Below, in pieces: positions 26,389-39,318 of a stretch of 64,000 nucleotides of DNA. Origin of the DNA: Paraspadella gotoi. Taxonomy: Eukaryota > Animalia > Chaetognatha. The position numbers and the translations under genes were made by a program. The stretch spans positions 7,747,225 to 7,811,224 of the forward strand of contig CM119269.1 in assembly GCA_051294375.1 (NCBI GenBank), written 5' to 3'. The notes beneath the pieces were generated by a model. That model ran no database searches, had not been told where the DNA came from, and was given only the letters and a program-made list of their open reading frames with translations. Every line of letters starts with the position of its first letter. The first letter of the stretch is position 1.

Positions 26389-29300
26389 CTCTCTCTTTCT
26401 CCCCCTCCCCTGTTTAATTTATTCCATATATCGCCGTCGCCATGGAGATGGTTTGTTTGTTTTTATTTCGGAGGCGACATCACCATAAGACTTCTGCTCT
26501 TGAGTTTCTTTACGTCCTCATTAACTTTTCTCCCACCTAAAAAAAAGTCTTGGGTTTTTTTTCTTTTTATTTATTCTATTTTTGTCTCTATTTGTCTCCA
26601 TTTTATGTTGTTCACGCATTACTAAAAATATCCTTTTTTGTTGCGGGCGTCGTCTAGTATTGTCTCACAAATAATGACCAAATATTAAATTAAAGATTCG
26701 TCTCCAGCCTTAGCCCGAAACAAAAACACGAAAATTAAAACGAGAAGAAAAAACTTTTAAAACGAGAGAGAGAGAGAGAGAGAAGAGAGACGAGATGAGA
26801 GAGAGAGAGAGGCCATCTCAAAAGATAAGAGGAATAGATTTTGTCTTATTTCCAATGACGCTCAGTTTTTTTTTTTGTCGGATAAAAAAAATCATTCTAT
26901 GTCATTCAATCCTCCTTTGCAGGAAATGACGAGAGAGACAGAGACAGGACGCGGATAAGAGAAGAGAGAGAGAGAGATGAGAGAGAGGGAGAAGAGAAGA
27001 GAGGAAGAAGAATAGAGAGAGAGAGAGAGAGAGAAGAGAGAGAGAGAAAGGACACAGATTGGCTCGGTAAATGAGGTAGCGAGTTTTCCGTTATTCATGG
27101 CGTCAACATTTAAAGGAACGATCGAGGCTTTGACCGATTTTCTCGTCGTTCGTCGTCGTCTCGTCGTCGTTCGGCGTCCTCGGCGTCCTATTCTAGAGAA
27201 ATGAAGGCGCCGCCATTTTTCTCATCTCCTCGTCTCGAAATTAAAGACTCTTTACCCTGGTACTCAGTATGTAGAAGAAGACGACGACGTAGATAGAAGA
27301 CGACGACGACGAACGAAGCAAGACTGTAAACGATTCGACGATAAATTCAGATTCGTTGTCACAGGTTAAATTCTTTTTTCTCACTTTTTTTATCTGCTTT
27401 ATATTATTATTTTTTTTAGAAACTCGGAGACACTGCGATGGGAGATTTCACACACTCTTGCTCGCGAGAGTCGCGAGAACTGCAAAACTGCTAGCGAGCG
27501 CTGCGAGTGTCACAATTACGTAGTCGACTCGGCCGCTCGGGACAGTCTTTTGCGAAAGTTTTTAGCTTTCGAAAGCCTCAGTTGCGTTTGCGTTAAACCA
27601 ATCCTGATTGCATTGAGAATCGGTAGGGTAGTCTGTGGCGCTTATTGTATCGCAATGCATGAAATTTGTTTTTAACTTCTTCGGGAAAAATTAAAAGCTT
27701 ATTTTTTTCAGCCAATAGCTGATACTTAAAGGTTATTTAAATTTTTTTATATTATATCTTAGGTTTTTTTTTTTATTAATTTGTTCAGGGGGGTCGTGGA
27801 ATTTGTTCACGCCTCCAATATTTTTTTCCAAATTTTTTATTGTTGGTGCAGTTGATTTCAAAGGAGGAGCACGGCGCTAACATCAGTTCTTGACAGTTGA
27901 TCATCACTTTTGACACACTAAGTGACCCTTAGCACCATGGGCAGGAAGTCTCTAGCAAAGACAGACAGCGGATTCGAACCCTGTCGGCGCCGAGACAGAA
28001 AAGTAAGACGAACACGGTCCACAAAACATACACAAAGGATATCTCCACATTTTCTTGCAGACACGGAAACAATTTGTTAACTGTTATGTCTCTCTCCTCA
28101 GAGTGCATTCGTCTCTCCTCTCTCAGCTCTCTCTCTCTCTCTCTCTCTCTCTCATTCCTTCTACGTCCTTCTACTCCTTCGTCTCTACTCTCTTCCTTCT
28201 CCATACTCTCTCTTCACCCCCGCTCCCAATCCAGCCTTGACACTTCGTTGGGAATTAAAGTTTTGTCAGCAAAATCTGCTGCAAACTCGGAATCTTTATT
28301 TTATCCTCGCGATGCTCATTTGTTTTTTTAAATCTCGTTTCCCTTTTATTTCCGGATTACATTACAAGTTTTTTTATTTGCTTGTATTTTTTCTAACAAT
28401 TATTTTACTTAACCTCATAATATTGTAATTTCCGTTCATTTAGCTCTATGTTTCTGCTTTTTTCTCTTTTTGCTCAAATTTACTCTTTTCTATTTTTCTC
28501 TAATATTTTTTTTCCTCTCTTTCTTTCTTTTTCCTCCATTTAAATTTAATCTTATGAATTTATTTTCAATGCAAAACTAAAAAAGTGTTAATAAAAAACA
28601 AAATTTGAAAAATGAAGCTCAAGATGGGAGAAAGATCGAAGATAAATTTTTTCGGATAAAATATTGGCATGGAATCAATCAGATATTTTTTAACATCGTG
28701 AACAAAAAATTAGTTTTAAAGGAACGAGGACGTGTAAAATATGTCTGGTTTTATTCACCCTAACATAACATGATATAATAGAGTACAGTATAGTTCTAGA
28801 TGATACAAATGTATCTTTTTCCTCCTTATCTCTCTCTCTCTCTCTCATCTGCTTCTCCTCTCTCTCTCTTCGTCTCTCTCTCTCATCTCTTCTCTTCTCT
28901 CTTCTCAAGGTGAACTCAACTCATTCGTATTCTCTTTTATCTCAATTTTAATGAGTTTTTTTCTTCTCTTTTTTCTCGTCATTTTCGTATAAATTCGTGG
29001 AAATGAACAAATTCGTTTTTCGGATTCCTTCATTACGAAAATCCTGTCTTTCCGAGGAACAATTGCGGTTTTTAAAATCATTCCCTCAAAAAAAAATAAC
29101 TAATAATAATAAAAAAACCAAAAAACTTTAAAGATAAATACTCTCGGCCATTTTTTTTTTCTATCATTTTATAATTTTTTTCTCTTTTTTTTTTAACCGT
29201 TATTTTTGTTTTCTGCTTTATTTTTTTTTTTGGTATTTTTCAAATTTTCTAATTTTTTCTAATTTTAACATTGTCGTTTTGGTTTCTCTCCGTTCCTCTC

Positions 29301-30238
29301 TTCCAGCCGACGACAGCGACAGGCCGGCGCCCCTGCCCACGCCCATCCGCATAAAGACCCAAGATTACAGTTTCCACCCTCGCAAGTTCCCAACGCCGCC
29401 CCGAACCCGGCACCGTCAGCTCCGGCCCTTAATCCGACGCGGCCCAACGTCGGCCTGCCATGCGCCCTCGTTCGGTGCCACGACCCGGGCCTCGACCGCC
29501 CTCGGCTCTTCTCCACTTACATTTGGTCTCGGACTCGAATTCTTGGTGGGACTGGTTTTTTATGTGATTAATCATATAGTATAAAAATATTGTCTAATTG
29601 GTACGGACCAATCTAAAAATTATTCATTAATCCAGATTAATTATGATTGGAGGCCTTAAACCATCCAAAAAGCCTGTCGCAGTAAGTCAGGGGCAGATAG
29701 CCTTATTTATTAAATTAATCGAAAATTTTTATATTGGTTGTAACAATTTCATAGTATAACATGATCTTGATTCATGAAATAATTGCAATATATTAGTCTT
29801 TACTTATATAGGCTAAATAAAAACAAACAATTTTAAAATAAATAATTTTCACAATTAAGTATATAGATACTACTATTAATTTATTTCACCTATTAAATAA
29901 TATAAATACGGAGAATGTCTTAGTGTATATCTCTGGACTATAGAAGCATATTACATACTTTCTACAATGTCTATCTTTTTCTAATTTTTAAATTTTTTAT
30001 ATTTAACTTATTTTAAATAATACTTAATATCTTCCCACTATTTCTTTTCTTGTCTTCTCTTCATTGTAAACCTAACAAACAACATTTTAACAAGCCGTGG
30101 AATGACCGACCGACCGACCAAAATGAGTTTGTGCGACACATGATCCTTCTCGTTCATAATTAAAAAACTATCTTCTCTTCTCATTATATTTTGAGGAGAT
30201 CCGGTGTTATACAAGCCAATCTCCCAAGATTCTCCCTT
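25822..30238 (-). repeat. Inverted duplicate of ~16630-20905 (probable artefact)
   Basis: Continuous reverse-complement match including the 17304-17531 exon; indel-rich. Confidence 0.9.
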
Positions 30239-32212
30239 TTCTCGTCTCTCTCTTCTCTCTCTCTCTCTCTATTCGCCTCTCCTCTCTCTCTCTCTCATCT
30301 CTCTCACTCTGTAGAGAAGCTTGGCTCCTACGGCCTCTTGAGGTGAGGAATAGTCCACTTGTCGACAACTTATCTGACGAAAAGTATCCCAAAACGTTTC
30401 TGTAAAAACTGAAGCTCAAAAGTCGAAAAAGAAGAAATGGGGAATAAATTTAAATAAATGTAAATAAAATGTAGACAAAATCCGTAGAGAACATCGAGAT
30501 TCAAATCGAGATTAATCAATAATTCGTAGAGAATCCAATAAAATCGTAGAAGAAGTCTTTCAGTAAAAATCGTAAGTAGAAAACTTTGTAAAAAGTAGTT
30601 GTCGGTCTAGGGTGATCCAGTGAATTAAATCTGTCTGTTAGTCTCGTCAGTAAAGTTTGGAGAGAGAGGAGAGAAAAAGAGAAGAGGAGAGAAAAGAAGA
30701 GCGGGAGACAAAGAGTGGAAGAGTCCGGTCAGTCTCTGTCCGGTCGATCGGTCAATCGTTCGATTGATCACGATCTGCGTCTCCGTTCGGTCTCGGCACA
30801 TCATCTACATTNNNNNNNNNNNNNNNNNNNNNNNNNGAGAAGGAGGAAAAGAAAGAGAAGGAGAAGGAGAGAGAAGAAGAAGGGGATGGAGGAAAAGATC
30901 AAAGAGAGAAGAAAAGAAAAAGAATAATATTTCACTCGAAATCTAAAAATAGAAAAAAAAATAGAAGAAAGACGAGCGAGTGAAAGAAGAGCATTTTTTA
31001 ACGAACGAATCCGAGTGAATTTGAATGATCGATTAAACTTAAAGGGAATTATCGAAAGGAGATAGAGGGACCGTTGTAGAGACAGACGGATGGAGATTTG
31101 AGAGACGGACGAACGGATGGATGCATAGAAGGACGGACTGGCAGGATGGACAGACCGACCAGTTCCGATAAACGCGAAGGATTTTGCGTCGATGATGAAT
31201 CGACGACTCGAAGTCGAAGGCTGTTGACGAGTTAAGAGGGAAGGCGGGCAGAGGAGGGCTGAGGCGGGCAGAGAAGGGCTGAGGCGGGCAGAGGAGGGCA
31301 GAGGAGGACAAAAGAGGTGGAAAGGGAAGGCGGAGGCGGAAAAGAAAACAAAGGAAAATAAGGGAAAAGGAGAAAGACTGAGAAAGGAAAAGGGAAAGGA
31401 AAAAGAAATCAAACAAAAATAAGGAAAAATGAGAAAGACTGAAAAAGGAAAAGGCTAAGGAAAAAGGATAAAGGCTTAGAAAGGAAAGTGGAAAGGAAAA
31501 AGAAACCAAACGAAAATAAGGAAAAAGTAGAAAGACTGAAAAAGGAAAAGGCTAAGGAAAAAGGATAAAGGCTTAGAAAGGAAAGTGGAAAAGAAAAAGA
31601 AACCAAACTAAAATAAGGAAAAAGGAGAAAGACTGAAAAAAGGAAAGGGAAAGGAAAAAGGAAGAAAAGGAAAATAAGGAAAGAAGATAAAGGCTTAGAA
31701 AGGAAAGTGGAAAGGAAAAAGAAACCAAACTAAAATAAGGAACGAAGGAAAAGCTAAAATCGGGAAGAGACGAGATAAAGAAATCGCGAAGGTCAAATTT
31801 TCTCGATGTCCGAATCTCGAATCATAAAAAAAATAAGTGGCTGCTCCTATTTAAATGTAGGTCGCTTTGAAGGGTTGAAAGTGAATCGTTACTTGGGTTT
31901 TCCAGGATCAAAATGACGAAAATATTTTTTTTTTTGGTCAAAAAGGAAAGAAGACGTCTGAGGCTTTCGGGACTAGCACTATATTAATTATAGAATGCTT
32001 GCAGGGTCTGGTATTATCTTGACTTAACTCTCCATAGTATATCCAAAGTAAGGGACAACATAAGTTGTTTATGAAATAAATGAATAACTTTTATGTTGGT
32101 TGTACCAATTTCACAATATGATGTATTTATTAAACGAATTTACTAAACGAATTCTACCCAATATGAATTTATCTTAAAGTGGGCTCACAACGCTCACATA
32201 CTTCACACTCAC

Positions 32213-32243
32213 TTAGACTCCCAGACTTCAAACCACGTCCAAT
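32213..32243 (-). CDS. 31-nt mini-exon (phase 0-1; IGRGLKSGSL); other copy ~22316-22348
   Basis: ttctgttag acceptor and GTGAGT donor; bridges the phase 0 to phase 1 exons. Confidence 0.45.
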
Positions 32244-32700
32244 CTAACAGAATCTCGTGGCAAATAGAGTGGCGTGTTTACCAGTTTGCCAGTTTATCAT
32301 TTCCTCTCCTCAAAGTTTCGGCAGTTGAATCCAAAACACGGAGAGGAAAAGGAATTTTAAAATCTTGGAACTGTTGTCAATTTGATTCAGACGACGACGA
32401 CGATAACGAAGACGACGACGACGACGATGACGAAGTTAAAAACGAAGACTGGGACGACGACGACGACGACGACAATGATGTTAAAACGAAAAGAGTTATG
32501 TCTTATGACAATATAAATACATATTGAAGTATGAACAACATAAATAAGATAAAACAATTGTGCGAAGTAAAACAGAAAGGTCGATTTGAATATAAGTTTA
32601 AACCAAAAAAAGGCAATCATAGCAAAGAACAAAATAAAACAATAAATAAAACAAGTGAAGACTCGAACAATGACGACGACGACAAGATCGATGTAAGAGA

Positions 32701-32737
<37 letters not shown>

Positions 32738-32761
32738 CGTCGACGACGACGACGACGAAAC

Positions 32762-32832
32762 CCAATTGGGCGAAGTCCATCTCCTAAAGAGCTCCGCCTC
32801 TCAGGAATTGTTTCCCATTTGGGAGGGACCAC
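32762..32832 (-). CDS. Internal exon (consensus 72 nt, phase 0-0; VVPPKWETIPERRSSLGDVTSPNW); other copy 22875-22945
   Basis: Strong ttatttccag acceptor; weak GTTTC donor; the frame needs a two-copy consensus at one indel. Confidence 0.4.
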
Positions 32833-34877
32833 CTGGAAATAACTACATGGCAATAACAACAACAACGACGACGACGACGACGTCGACGACGAAAAACGAA
32901 TTAAACGTCGATCGGAGAAAGAAAAACGAGAGATAAATATCACAAATGATAATAAATTAAAAAAAGGTAGTTTTAACTACGTCAAATCATACTACGTTAA
33001 ATTATTAGAATGAGAATCAGAACGAGACTTTTACGAATGTTAAAAACAAAATAACGGAAATGCAATGAAAAGAATGAGAGACAAAAAAAGGGCGAGACGA
33101 TGACATAAAGTTAACAACGAAAAAGACAAAGAGGGTAAGGACAATCATTAAAAGACAAGGAGGGAAAAGACAACTATTAAAAGACATAACCAAAGAAGAA
33201 AGGAGACAAGATAACGAGATCTTTGCAGAAAACGACGAAGAAAACCGTTGAGGTTTGACGCGATGGTGAGAACAATGGCCCAAGAAATGACGCAAGCAAT
33301 GGCGCAATAAATGGCGTAAGCAATGGCGCATATAATAGCTCATAGAGCATAGTAACGTGCATCCAATTATATGCACTATGAACGATAAAGATAAAAATAA
33401 TACATTGTAAAGAAAAGATGAAATGGCAATATGGTAAAACGGCGCTTGCAATCATCTACCATCAAGTAGACAAGAGGACAATACAAGAAAAGCGAAGAAC
33501 CAAATTTTCGTCTTTCCATTTGTTCTGAAATTCTCTCTCCTTCTCTCTCTCTCTTTTCCTTTCACCCGCTGGATCCTCAGCCCCTGATGTACAACGTTTT
33601 TACAAGTTTTACAGCGGACGGTTTACTGAGGCTGCCAAGAATACGCTTCCATTAATTTTGAGTGAAGAGAAACAAAGTATCTTGTTTTGTGTTTTGTAAA
33701 ACAGGAAGTTGAAATATGAGAGAATTTTGGATTGGAAAATTTATTGAATAAGTTTCTATATTTTCAGTTCCACAACATGGTTCGATAAATTAAAGTTAAT
33801 AGATATATAATTATATATGTATATAGATAACATAACAATAATAAATTTTTTTTATGGTTCTTGTTAGACAACAATAGACTTGAAATTGCATCAACGCATA
33901 TAAAATAGGGTATAATTTGTTGCGCGCAATCGAGTAACATAAAGCATGTACGGAATCTTCTTTACACGTTTTTTTAAAATTTCAGATTTTTTTTTTTAAA
34001 TTGTCCTTTTTCCTATTTTTTTCTTTTTTTTGTTTCTCATTCTTTTTCTTCTCAATTTTTTTTGATCAAACCATATTAATTCCTAATTAACTATTGCCAG
34101 CTAAAAAGTTTCTTATTCAATAGTTCATACAAAATATCGAGATTCGCCGTTTATTTTATTAAACATTGCATTCGAAATTCAAATCATTTCAAATCAGATG
34201 AAAAGGATGAAAATCAAGAGAGAGGACAGTGAGAGAGAGAGAGAGAGAAGAGAGAAGAGGAGAGATCTCGTCTCAAGAACTTTCTCAGGTAGGTTCCAAA
34301 AGGGCAGAACACATCTGTTTAAGCGTATACGGTTGCGCGCTAAAAACCATTGTCAGCGCAGAATACTTGGAGGTCGGGTATCAAATAGAATCTAAATTAT
34401 GATAAAACAGACAGAATTTAATCACAAAGGGAAAGTAAAAAACAGCTAATATGTTCTCCAGAGATTATTCAAGAAGACCGTGTTCTCATGTTTGTCGCGG
34501 GCCATACGTGCAGACATATCCATGAATTTTCAGTAACGAGTTGAAAAGGTCATTTGCATCCCTCTTGAATTCGCCGATATGGCGAACGCGAAAAATTTGT
34601 TCAGGTGGAAAATCAATAAAATGAAGAAGAATATCACGTTAGATTCGCGAATTCCAAACGCGGTACAAACACAGTTCTGAAAACTATTCCCATTTTCGTT
34701 TTACGGCTAGTCATCTCATTTTATGCGTGATCGGGTATCATTTGTCTGAGCGTGACCTGCCTGTTTGTTTTAGTTACATTATTCACGTAGAAGTCAAAAC
34801 AACTGTCTAAATAAGTCAGGAAGAAAAAAAATAAGTTTTCTTTCCTTGTCTTTCCTTACCTCGATATTGTCTGTCTG

Positions 34878-34948
<71 letters not shown>

Positions 34949-34969
34949 CTCTTTCTTTCTTTCTTTCTT
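34878..34969. repeat. (TTTC)n microsatellite
   Basis: Tetranucleotide run. Confidence 0.95.
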
Positions 34970-35034
34970 TGATTTCCTTTCTTGCTTTCTCTCGTCCCTT
35001 TTTTCATCATCCAACTGAACGCCCCCCCCGCCAC

Positions 35035-35121
35035 TTGACAGCGTCGAGCGTCTAATGAAGAATTACAAGCTCCTTCGCTCCTCGGCCACGATTCGAGCGC
35101 CTCGCAATTTTCGGTTGCCAT
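35035..35121 (-). CDS. Candidate first coding exon (MATENCEALESWPRSEGACNSSLDARRCQ, phase 0)
   Basis: Strong Kozak context gtcgccATGG; 29 open codons; weak GTGGCG donor; phase fits exon 32762-32832. Confidence 0.35.
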
Positions 35122-35320
35122 GGCGACGGGGAAGCGTGTTTAACCCGAGCCCTATCGAACAGGCTAACGTCATTCTAGGCCTCTGATCGCCTGATTATTG
35201 GCAAAGCGCTTGATTGCGAACGTGCGGACAAGGCGCCTGATTAGAGAAATGGTGCCTGATTAGCTAATTTCGACCGATTGGAGAGAAGGCGCCTGATTGA
35301 CTCCTTTTGAGGCGGGGCGA
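35114..35320. promoter_or_regulatory. Promoter-like cluster: RFX X-box, repeated GCCTGATT/ATTGG (CCAAT-like) motifs and a GC box
   Basis: GTTGCCATGGCGAC at 35114-35127 matches GTNRCC-N0-3-RGYAAC on the minus strand; four GCCTGATT motifs between ~35188 and 35300; GAGGCGGGGC at ~35309-35318. Confidence 0.5.
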
Positions 35321-35400
35321 TATAGAGAGAGAGACATTATCGGAGAGAATCAAGAGTGTGAAGGAATTTAGAGTGAGAACGAGTTTTATCGGAAAGATTA

Positions 35401-35438
<38 letters not shown>

Positions 35439-36837
35439 TTTTACGTTTCTTTAAGGTGAACGTCTGAAACTTGGTGAGTGAACCGAAGCTTGATTCGAGT
35501 TGTGACATTCACTGAGAAATAAAAGCAGATGAAACGTGGAATTTCCCTGAGAGAGAGGATTGAACCGTTAGTGAGACAAAATGGGTGAAAGAAGCGAAAA
35601 AATAGGGTGTGAGAGTTGAGGTGAGAGAAGATGTGAAAGTGAATGACTTATCGCGAAAGTGAAAAAAGGTGAGTTTGTGAAGAAATCGAATCGCACAAAG
35701 AGAATGAGGAGCGAGTGTTAGGGTCACGGGGCTGTGAAGTGAATGAGAGGCAAGAGAGACTCTCGCGTCGAAAAAACTGTGAAGTAGTGAACTCTCACTA
35801 CTGAGTGAAGGACTTCTCGCAGGAAGGAATCGGGAGTGAAGTTTCCCCGAAGGGAAAATATTAAGTTGAACGTCGAAGATTAAATTACTTCGTCTTAACG
35901 TCTTGGGTTATCTTTTAACATTAATATTATTCTCATAATGTTTAAAGAATATTAAGCATAATGATGAAAAGGAAATTTAGGTGTTGTATTGAAATTTATG
36001 TAGTAGATTCAAAAATTTACGGCTTATAAGGTTAGAGAAAGAGAGAAAAACAAAAAAATAAAGAAAGAAAGAAAGAAAGAANNNNNNNNNNNNNNNNNNN
36101 NNNNNNNNNNNNNNNNNNNNNNNNNNNNNNNNNNNNNNNNNNNNNNNNNNNNNNNNNNNNNNNNNNNNNNNNNNNNNNNNNNNNNNNNNNNNNNNNNNNN
36201 NNNNNNNNNNNNNNNNNNNNNNNNNNNNNNNNNNNNNNNNNNNNNNNNNNNNNNNNNNNNNNNNNNNNNNNNNNNNNNNNNNNNNNNNNNNNNNNNNNNN
36301 NNNNNNNNNNNNNNNNNNNNNNNNNNNNNNNNNNNNNNNNNNNNNNNNNNNNNNNNNNNNNNNNNNNNNNNNNNNNNNNNNNNNNNNNNNNNNNNNNNNN
36401 NNNNNNNNNNNNNNNNNNNNNNNNNNNNNNNNNNNNNNNNNNNNNNNNNNNNNNNNNNNNNNNNNNNNNNNNNNNNNNNNNNNNNNNNNNNNNNNNNNNN
36501 NNNNNNNNNNNNNNNNNNNNNNNNNNNNNNNNNNNNNNNNNNNNNNNNNNNNNNNNNNNNNNNNNNNNNNNNNNNNNNNNNNNNNNNNNNNNNNNNNNNN
36601 NNNNNNNNNNNNNNNNNNNNNNNNNNNNNNNNNNNNNNNNNNNNNNNNNNNNNNNNNNNNNNNNNNNNNNNNNNNNNNNNNNNNNNNNNNNNNNNNNNNN
36701 NNNNNNNNNNNNNNNNNNNNNNNNNNNNNNNNNNNNNNNNNNNNCGTTCTACCAAGCAAAAGGTCACAATCTTGACCTCAAAAATACTAAACTAGACCCG
36801 AATTCATTCATTAACTGGTTTTTTTTTTTACTCTCAG

Positions 36838-36955
36838 AGGCAGAAAAGATGAAGGGCGTTTTGACTGCGAAAAAAAAATGTCAGAAATGATGAGAGAAGG
36901 GAATAACTGGACTCTCCTCTTATCCGGACCGACGGACAGAAATTGACGTCTCATC
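36838..36955 (+). other. Candidate plus-strand exon (118 nt, probably non-coding/UTR)
   Basis: T11-actctcag acceptor and GTGAGT donor; all three frames contain stops; upstream donor TTG|GTGAGT at 35474. Confidence 0.4.
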
Positions 36956-37542
36956 GTGAGTCAAAACTCACAAAGAGACAAAACAGGAAAATGGCATCAG
37001 GCATCGAGTAAATGGCATCTTCCCACTACCAACTAGCGACTGGTAAATTGCCGATTGACCTATGGTACATGACACATTGCTTCTGGAGACTGGCAACGTA
37101 GCAAAGCTCAAAATCGATGCCAAGTTGTCCGAATCCCAAATAACGGAGAAGAGGCAGAGCGAAGAGAGAGGAAGAGAGAGAGAGAGAGAAAATGAGAAAG
37201 CAGAGAGAGAGAGGGGAAGAGAGAAGAGAGAATTGAGGAGAGAACGAGAGAAAGAAGAAAGAGAGAGGAGAGAGGAGGAGAATAGAAAGAGAGAGGAGAT
37301 TCTTTACCAACTTCGGCCAAAATGCCAAAAAAACATTTCCTTATTCTTTTCTTTATTTTCGAGTAAAAAGTTGGAGGAACGACGCCAGGGGGTCGCTGCC
37401 ATCGTGGGGCTGCTGCGGGGCTGCCGCGGGACCGCCGCAGGGCCGCTGGATGCCGGCAGGACGTCCGTGCTCGGTTGAACTTCGAGCGATGGGCGAGACG
37501 AGTCATAATGACTAACGCCTGGAGCCTGGAGATTCTTTAGAT

Positions 37543-37685
37543 TCATAGTCGGGATCGTCTAGTTTTATCCGATCTCCTAAAGGACTTGTTGGGGTGAACT
37601 TTGGACGAACTGGTGATCGTCGTCGTCGTTAGAACGCTGATGCTGTTGTTGTTGTATTGCGGAAACAGCGCAGATTGGTGACCAC
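37543..37685 (-). CDS. Possible terminal exon of an upstream minus-strand gene (phase 1; GHQSALFPQYNNNSISV...KTRRSRL*)
   Basis: catccttgcag acceptor; GC-rich sequence continues to ~37380; frame assignment uncertain. Confidence 0.25.
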
Positions 37686-38689
37686 CTGCAAGGATGGCGC
37701 GACCCGGTTTTCGGATGTTCGAAAGTAAAATATAATTTAATGTTACAATAGGTCTTTAATCTCATTTGCATATTCCAGCAATTTTAATCCGGTAACGGTT
37801 CCAATTCGTCGTAATACTTGTTAAAAATTAAACGAATTCTTGGTTTTTAAACAGACGTTCATAAAATTTAACAGTTTTTTTCCAAAAAAAAACTTTCTGA
37901 CAAAAATTTTCAAATTTATGAAGATTTTATGACATTCGATTTTCTTTTTTTAAAAGATTTTGTGGGAAACGCGAGTGGGTGGCCCTCTTGTGGAGGTCGA
38001 CGGAAGGAGGAGGAGGAGGAGGAGAAGTTAAGGAGGGGAACGTGAAGGTTAGGNNNNNNNNNNNNNNNNNNNNNNNNNTAATCAAATACTCCGTTCATAA
38101 ACAGATTTTAAAACAGTTTTTTCTTTTTTTTTTCCAAAAAAAAAAAAAAAAAAAACAAATAAAACACTTTATCTGCACACAAACATTTTTCAAATTTTAA
38201 TCTTTGAAGCATTCTTCTACATAGACATTCCGTCCTATTTTCTTTTTTTTAAAAAAGATTATCTGTGCCGCTCGGAAACTTGCGATGTGTGTCGTCGGCC
38301 CCACATCTCTCGCTTGCGACTCGCCTCGTCGTGATCACGGCGACCAGTGGAAGCGAGCGAGGACGGAGTCCTGAGGACCCACAGTCTAAGGATCGCCGGA
38401 ACGTATAGAACGTGTCTTAGGTGCCTGACGACACTAGCATATCATGGACGGTCGGGGAGTCTCGGAGAAGATAGATGAGAAAAGAGACGACGACGGGAGT
38501 GTTGCGGAGTCTGACTCAGAGTGTAGACGCAGAGAAGCATCCTGATCTCCCTGGATGACTCGAGAATCAGTATGTCTAGCTTGACGAACACGTTAAGCGA
38601 GGACACGAGAGAGTGATTCAGAGTACGTGACGCAGAGACGACGCAGAGAGACGACCGAGAGGATGAGATCTGAGTAGCGACCGAGAGAC

Positions 38690-39250
38690 GACAGAGAGAA
38701 AGACTTCGGCCCAATCCATCAATTCGTTGCTCGCAAGAAAGACAAGTAACGAAACACAACAAAGTCGACCCTTTCTGAGGAACGACGCTTGGCCTCAGAG
38801 ACGAGAGTGACAAAGGAGATCGACGATGACGATGAAGTCGACGGAGAGAAACGAGAGGAGAGAGAGAGAGAGAGAGAGAGGAGAGACGAGAGCAAGAGGA
38901 GAAAGAGGAGAGAGAGGTGAAGAGGAAGAGAGATGACACGAGATGCGAGACTGAGAGCGAGCAGAGAGAGAGAACGAGAGAGCGACGAGAGACTTGACCA
39001 TCTATCCATCGTTTGCTGCTCCAAGATAAGAATAACTCGGAAACACAAAGCTGCACCCTTTCGAAGAACGTTGGGGTGATGCAATAGAGAGAGAGATCCG
39101 GAGTAAGGAGATGAGTCGGAGAGAGCATGGAGGAGAGACGAGAGAAGAAGAGAGAGAGATGAGACTTGGCCATCATCATTCGTTGCTGCAAGAAAGCAAT
39201 AACGCGGAAAACAAAGAGTGACCCTTTCAAAAGACGTTGTGTGACGAGAG
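38690..39250. repeat. Three noisy tandem copies of a unit (GACTTGGCCATC...TTCGTTGCTGCAAGAAAG...GACCCTTTC) separated by (GA)n
   Basis: Anchors at ~38702, ~38991 and ~39163. Confidence 0.7.
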
Positions 39251-39274
39251 AGAGATCGGAGAGATGAGACGAGG

Positions 39275-39318
<44 letters not shown>

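Larger units (their letters stand above)
30837..33718 (+). repeat. Direct duplicate of ~20915-23832, starting right after a 25-N gap (probable artefact)
   Basis: Colinear near-identity; unique sequence resumes after ~33718. Confidence 0.9.

Noticed and set aside
33566-33631. Candidate minus-strand exon (ttcttggcag ... GTGAA; copy at ~23680-23743)
   Set aside because: Splice signals are plausible, but the two copies disagree and no frame fits the chain without unsupported edits.
16630-33718. Dscam-like array of duplicated alternative exons
   Set aside because: Introns are duplicated equally, one copy is inverted, and the differences are frame-breaking indels rather than codon substitutions.
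35041-35186. Plus-strand exon reading VERLMKNYKLL... or RRASNEELQ...
   Set aside because: There is an acceptor-like ttgacag, but no upstream plus-strand partner exons were found, and the minus-strand Kozak start fits the exon chain better.
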